Part shown: piece after piece, positions 61,115 through 64,000 of the stretch
Layout: each line of letters begins with the position of its first letter
Numbering within the stretch: position 1 is the first letter of the stretch
Origin: Candidatus Terraquivivens tengchongensis
GTDB lineage: Archaea > Thermoproteota > Nitrososphaeria_A > Caldarchaeales > Wolframiiraptoraceae
DNA: 64,000 nt
Reading direction: 5' to 3'
NCBI GenBank assembly: GCA_023261845.1
Contig: JALNJZ010000003.1
Coordinates: 79,383 to 143,382 of the forward strand
The notes under the pieces: model-generated
The model's database searches: none
Told to the model about the DNA's origin: nothing
What the model saw: only the letters and a program-made list of their open reading frames with translations
Program-made: the position numbers and the translations under genes

Positions 61115-61357
61115 TTGTACAGGGGCATATACTATGTCTTCCGCGGTAACTATTCTAATAACTTGGATCTCGAGTCTTTGGTGAATGGATACAGCGGCAT
61201 AGTTTTTACTGTCTGTGAATGTGGAGATCCGTCATGCAAAGAGGAAGGGATAATCTACGTCAAGTGTGGCTGCAAGACTAAACCAGGACATATAAAACGT
61301 GCACTCAACAGCGTCTGTGAAGTTTGCATGCTGAAGTATATGGGAGAAAGGAGGTAG
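61115..61357 (+). CDS. Small Cys-rich hypothetical protein
   Basis: CECGDPSC, CGC, CEVC; fills the intergenic gap. Confidence 0.5.
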   Translation: MYRGIYYVFRGNYSNNLDLESLVNGYSGIVFTVCECGDPSCKEEGIIYVKCGCKTKPGHIKRALNSVCEVCMLKYMGERR

Positions 61358-61384
61358 CGTTCAAAAATCACAATGTATCGATTT

Positions 61385-62641
61385 TTATGCTCCTGTCCTG
61401 CCTTTCAAGAAACCTGCCAGCCCGCCGAACGCCTTCTTAAACATCTCTCCTTCTTCGTGTCCCCCGGATATTAGTTCAACATCAGTCCCGCTTTCTTCAG
61501 CCTCATCGATTAAGACATCTATCAACGGAATGATCTTCTTTACCTGAAGCGTCTGATTAGAACACGACGGACACTTTTGTGATAATATGTTGGGCAACGT
61601 CACATGAACCTCGTCGCTGTTTAGGGTCTCCGTCCTAGTGTATCCGCAGTTGCTGCACTCAATCCTTATCTCGACTCTGTCCAAGTCTTCGGAGATAAGC
61701 AGCATCTCGAGCATCCCGCTCCTTAAAGCATTCCTCACGGCCTGCTCACCATAAATCGCCTTTCCATTCTGAGACACGACCTCACTCATTAGGCGTTGGA
61801 TGAGCTGTTTTTCTTCTACAAGCCTAGATTCTTTTAATTGTTCCGAGGCTTTAGTAATTGCCTCCCTAACACCACTCTCTCCTGAGTACGACGTGTCAAC
61901 AACGTATATCTTATCCTTGAAAGTGTAATGAAGATAGCCGGTTTTTAAAAATGCCTCTTTAGTTGGGCCGGGTCCTGCAACGATTATTGCCCGTATCTCA
62001 GGATAGGATAGGAATATCTCGTTAGCGTGCTCAGCGATGCGCTTGTAGTACTCATTTAGGTTCTGCTCCCTTAACCTCTCGAACCTCCTCGCGGATTGGC
62101 CGCCTGCTCTGTGCTTTCCTGGAACGCCTGAAGTGAATGTCTTTGAAACTTCCAACCTTTTACCTTTGACAACCGCAACGGCAGCCTCTTCGTTGTCTAT
62201 GACTATTATCCCATAAACGTCCTTTTCTTTTAGCTGCTCCAAGAGCGGCTCGAGCCTGAATTTGCTATCGCAACTGTACAGGAATGTGTTAATGGGCTCT
62301 GGAGGGATGACGTGATAGACCTCAACCTTTTCCGTTCCAGGACCGTTCTGGGGAATCGCACCGCTGAACACCGCTATGCCGTTGGGCTTTGCATCGCTGA
62401 ACAGCTTAAGCCTCTGTATAGCCCTCTCGATTGCATCCTGAACGTTCTTTCTCGTGGTCTTGGATTTGATGTTAGCAGCCGTAGCATACTCCTGCCTGAG
62501 GTAGTTTATGACATCAGATATCTGTCTGTCGGGTGGTACGTAGATTGACACGAGTTCTGTACCTTTACCCTCTTTACTCGCCAACTCGTTTAACAGCTTC
62601 TTGAACCTATAGAGTTCTATAGAACTCTTTTTCTGAACCAT
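61385..62641 (-). CDS. prf1: Peptide chain release factor aRF1
   Basis: NIKS, YSCDSKF, GGQS, Zn-ribbon minidomain. Confidence 0.97.
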   Translation of the reverse strand: MVQKKSSIELYRFKKLLNELASKEGKGTELVSIYVPPDRQISDVINYLRQEYATAANIKSKTTRKNVQDAIERAIQRLKLFSDAKPNGIAVFSGAIPQNGPGTEKVEVYHVIPPEPINTFLYSCDSKFRLEPLLEQLKEKDVYGIIVIDNEEAAVAVVKGKRLEVSKTFTSGVPGKHRAGGQSARRFERLREQNLNEYYKRIAEHANEIFLSYPEIRAIIVAGPGPTKEAFLKTGYLHYTFKDKIYVVDTSYSGESGVREAITKASEQLKESRLVEEKQLIQRLMSEVVSQNGKAIYGEQAVRNALRSGMLEMLLISEDLDRVEIRIECSNCGYTRTETLNSDEVHVTLPNILSQKCPSCSNQTLQVKKIIPLIDVLIDEAEESGTDVELISGGHEEGEMFKKAFGGLAGFLKGRTGA

Positions 62642-62810
62642 AGAATCTACACTCCTATGCGTTGCTAAAAGCTAAAACTATGCCCCAGAGTTTCTGCTAG
62701 CATTATCCCGGACGTCTTGCGCTTCTGAAGAACTAAGGGTTTCTGCCTCAATTGGTGCATGCCTGCCTGTCTATTTGACTCGCCCCCTTATTAAAATACC
62801 TTATTAAACG

Positions 62811-63998
62811 TTACTGTGGAGGGGGCCTCTCACCCAGCACCACGCTTACTTGTATTGTCTGAGATCCCCTCACGACAGAAAACACCACGATATCCCCTGG
62901 ACTCGTCTTCTCCTCAAGGTACGTTAGCATTTCCTCTATCGTCCTGATAGGTATGCCGTTTATTGCTATAACTATGTCGCCGCCTATCTTTATCGTCTGA
63001 CCCCCCATCCTCACAGCCCTGTCCCCGCCCCTAAGGCCTGCCTTATCAGCTGGACCTCCTGGTACAACGTCCGTTATCAAAAAGCCCTTAGTTACGTTCA
63101 CGTTCATGACCGCGGCGATTTCCTCGTTCATGTTTATACCCACGATACCCATCCAGCTATGGCTGTAGCTTCCTTTCTCTATCAAGGCTGGTACAACCCT
63201 TGTGATTATCGTGGATGGTATCGCATAACCGACTCCCACAAAGCCGCGGATAGGCGACTCTATTGCCGTGGTTATGCCTACGACTTCACCCTTCATGTTG
63301 AGTAAGGGTCCGCCTGAGTTTCCTGGGTTCACGGCGGCATCAAACTGTATAACGCCAGGTATGGAGTACCCGTAAGTGGTCTCTAAGAGCCTGCCCTTTT
63401 GACTTACAATACCTGTCGTCACACTTCCGGCCAAGCCAAATGGGTTTCCAACCACAACGATCTGCTCGCCTATCATCAGCTCCGATGAGTTTCCGAGCTT
63501 AAGCGGCTTCAGCATAACGACATCGGGCCTTACTTTTAAGACAGCCAGATCGCTATAGGGATCTGTTCCGACGACAGAAGCTGTTAAGGACGTACCGTCG
63601 AGGAAAGTCACGGTAACGCGGTAGCTACCCTCGATCACATGGTTGTTTGTGACGATATGGCCGAGCGTATCGTAAACGAAGCCAGAACCAATAGAAGTAC
63701 CGTATGAATATATTGCTCGAATTAAAACGACAGAATCTTTAACCTGCTCGTAGATCTCCGTGACTGGGCTGGTAGCGATAGCAGTTTTTGTAACTGTGAC
63801 ATACGTAACGCTCTCTTCCAAACTTTCGAGCCTATCCAGTAATTCCTTCTGAGCGCTGTACAGCCTTGAGATGTTGTTGGAGAGTTCTGACACTTTGGTC
63901 TCAAGACCCGCCAACGTCGAGGCGGTGTTGATTGCAAACCATGCCACTAACAGAGATGCGAGGATAATCAGCGCAACCGCGACGGCTTTTCTTAGGCT
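62811..63998 (-). CDS. HtrA/DegP-like membrane serine protease with PDZ domain (start outside window)
   Basis: VTNNHV, DLAVL, NPGNSGGP, PDZ; frame is open to the window edge. Confidence 0.92.
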   Translation of the reverse strand, partial: SLRKAVAVALIILASLLVAWFAINTASTLAGLETKVSELSNNISRLYSAQKELLDRLESLEESVTYVTVTKTAIATSPVTEIYEQVKDSVVLIRAIYSYGTSIGSGFVYDTLGHIVTNNHVIEGSYRVTVTFLDGTSLTASVVGTDPYSDLAVLKVRPDVVMLKPLKLGNSSELMIGEQIVVVGNPFGLAGSVTTGIVSQKGRLLETTYGYSIPGVIQFDAAVNPGNSGGPLLNMKGEVVGITTAIESPIRGFVGVGYAIPSTIITRVVPALIEKGSYSHSWMGIVGINMNEEIAAVMNVNVTKGFLITDVVPGGPADKAGLRGGDRAVRMGGQTIKIGGDIVIAINGIPIRTIEEMLTYLEEKTSPGDIVVFSVVRGSQTIQVSVVLGERPPPQ

Positions 63999-64000
63999 GG

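Overview
Compact archaeal chromosome segment from a TACK-superphylum organism. The srp54-pus10-rpl21e-rpoF-DUF655 gene order and GC-rich stable RNAs suggest a thermophilic Nitrososphaeria- or Bathyarchaeia-like lineage (inference). It carries about 60 mostly housekeeping CDSs: translation and RNA processing, an 8-gene lysC-asd-aro operon, PEP synthase, class II RNR, tungsten AOR, ETF, Feo, CopA, Acr3 and thiamine salvage. There are two tRNAs and no recognisable CRISPR array, integrase or transposase. The most interesting signals are non-coding or tiny. (1) A 23-codon Tyr-rich leader ORF (…GYRYYRY…) lies inside a switchable RNA structure directly upstream of the aromatic amino-acid precursor operon, a candidate archaeal ribosome-mediated attenuator. 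(2) An unassigned ~207-nt GC-rich structured RNA with its own TATA box sits next to a restriction-endonuclease-fold gene. (3) A second multi-hairpin intergenic element lies at ~56.4 kb. (4) Two genes appear to use ACG and CTG start codons. (5) A uORF with tandem in-frame UAG stops lies upstream of aRF1. All calls are from reading the sequence by eye; no searches or folding programs were run.
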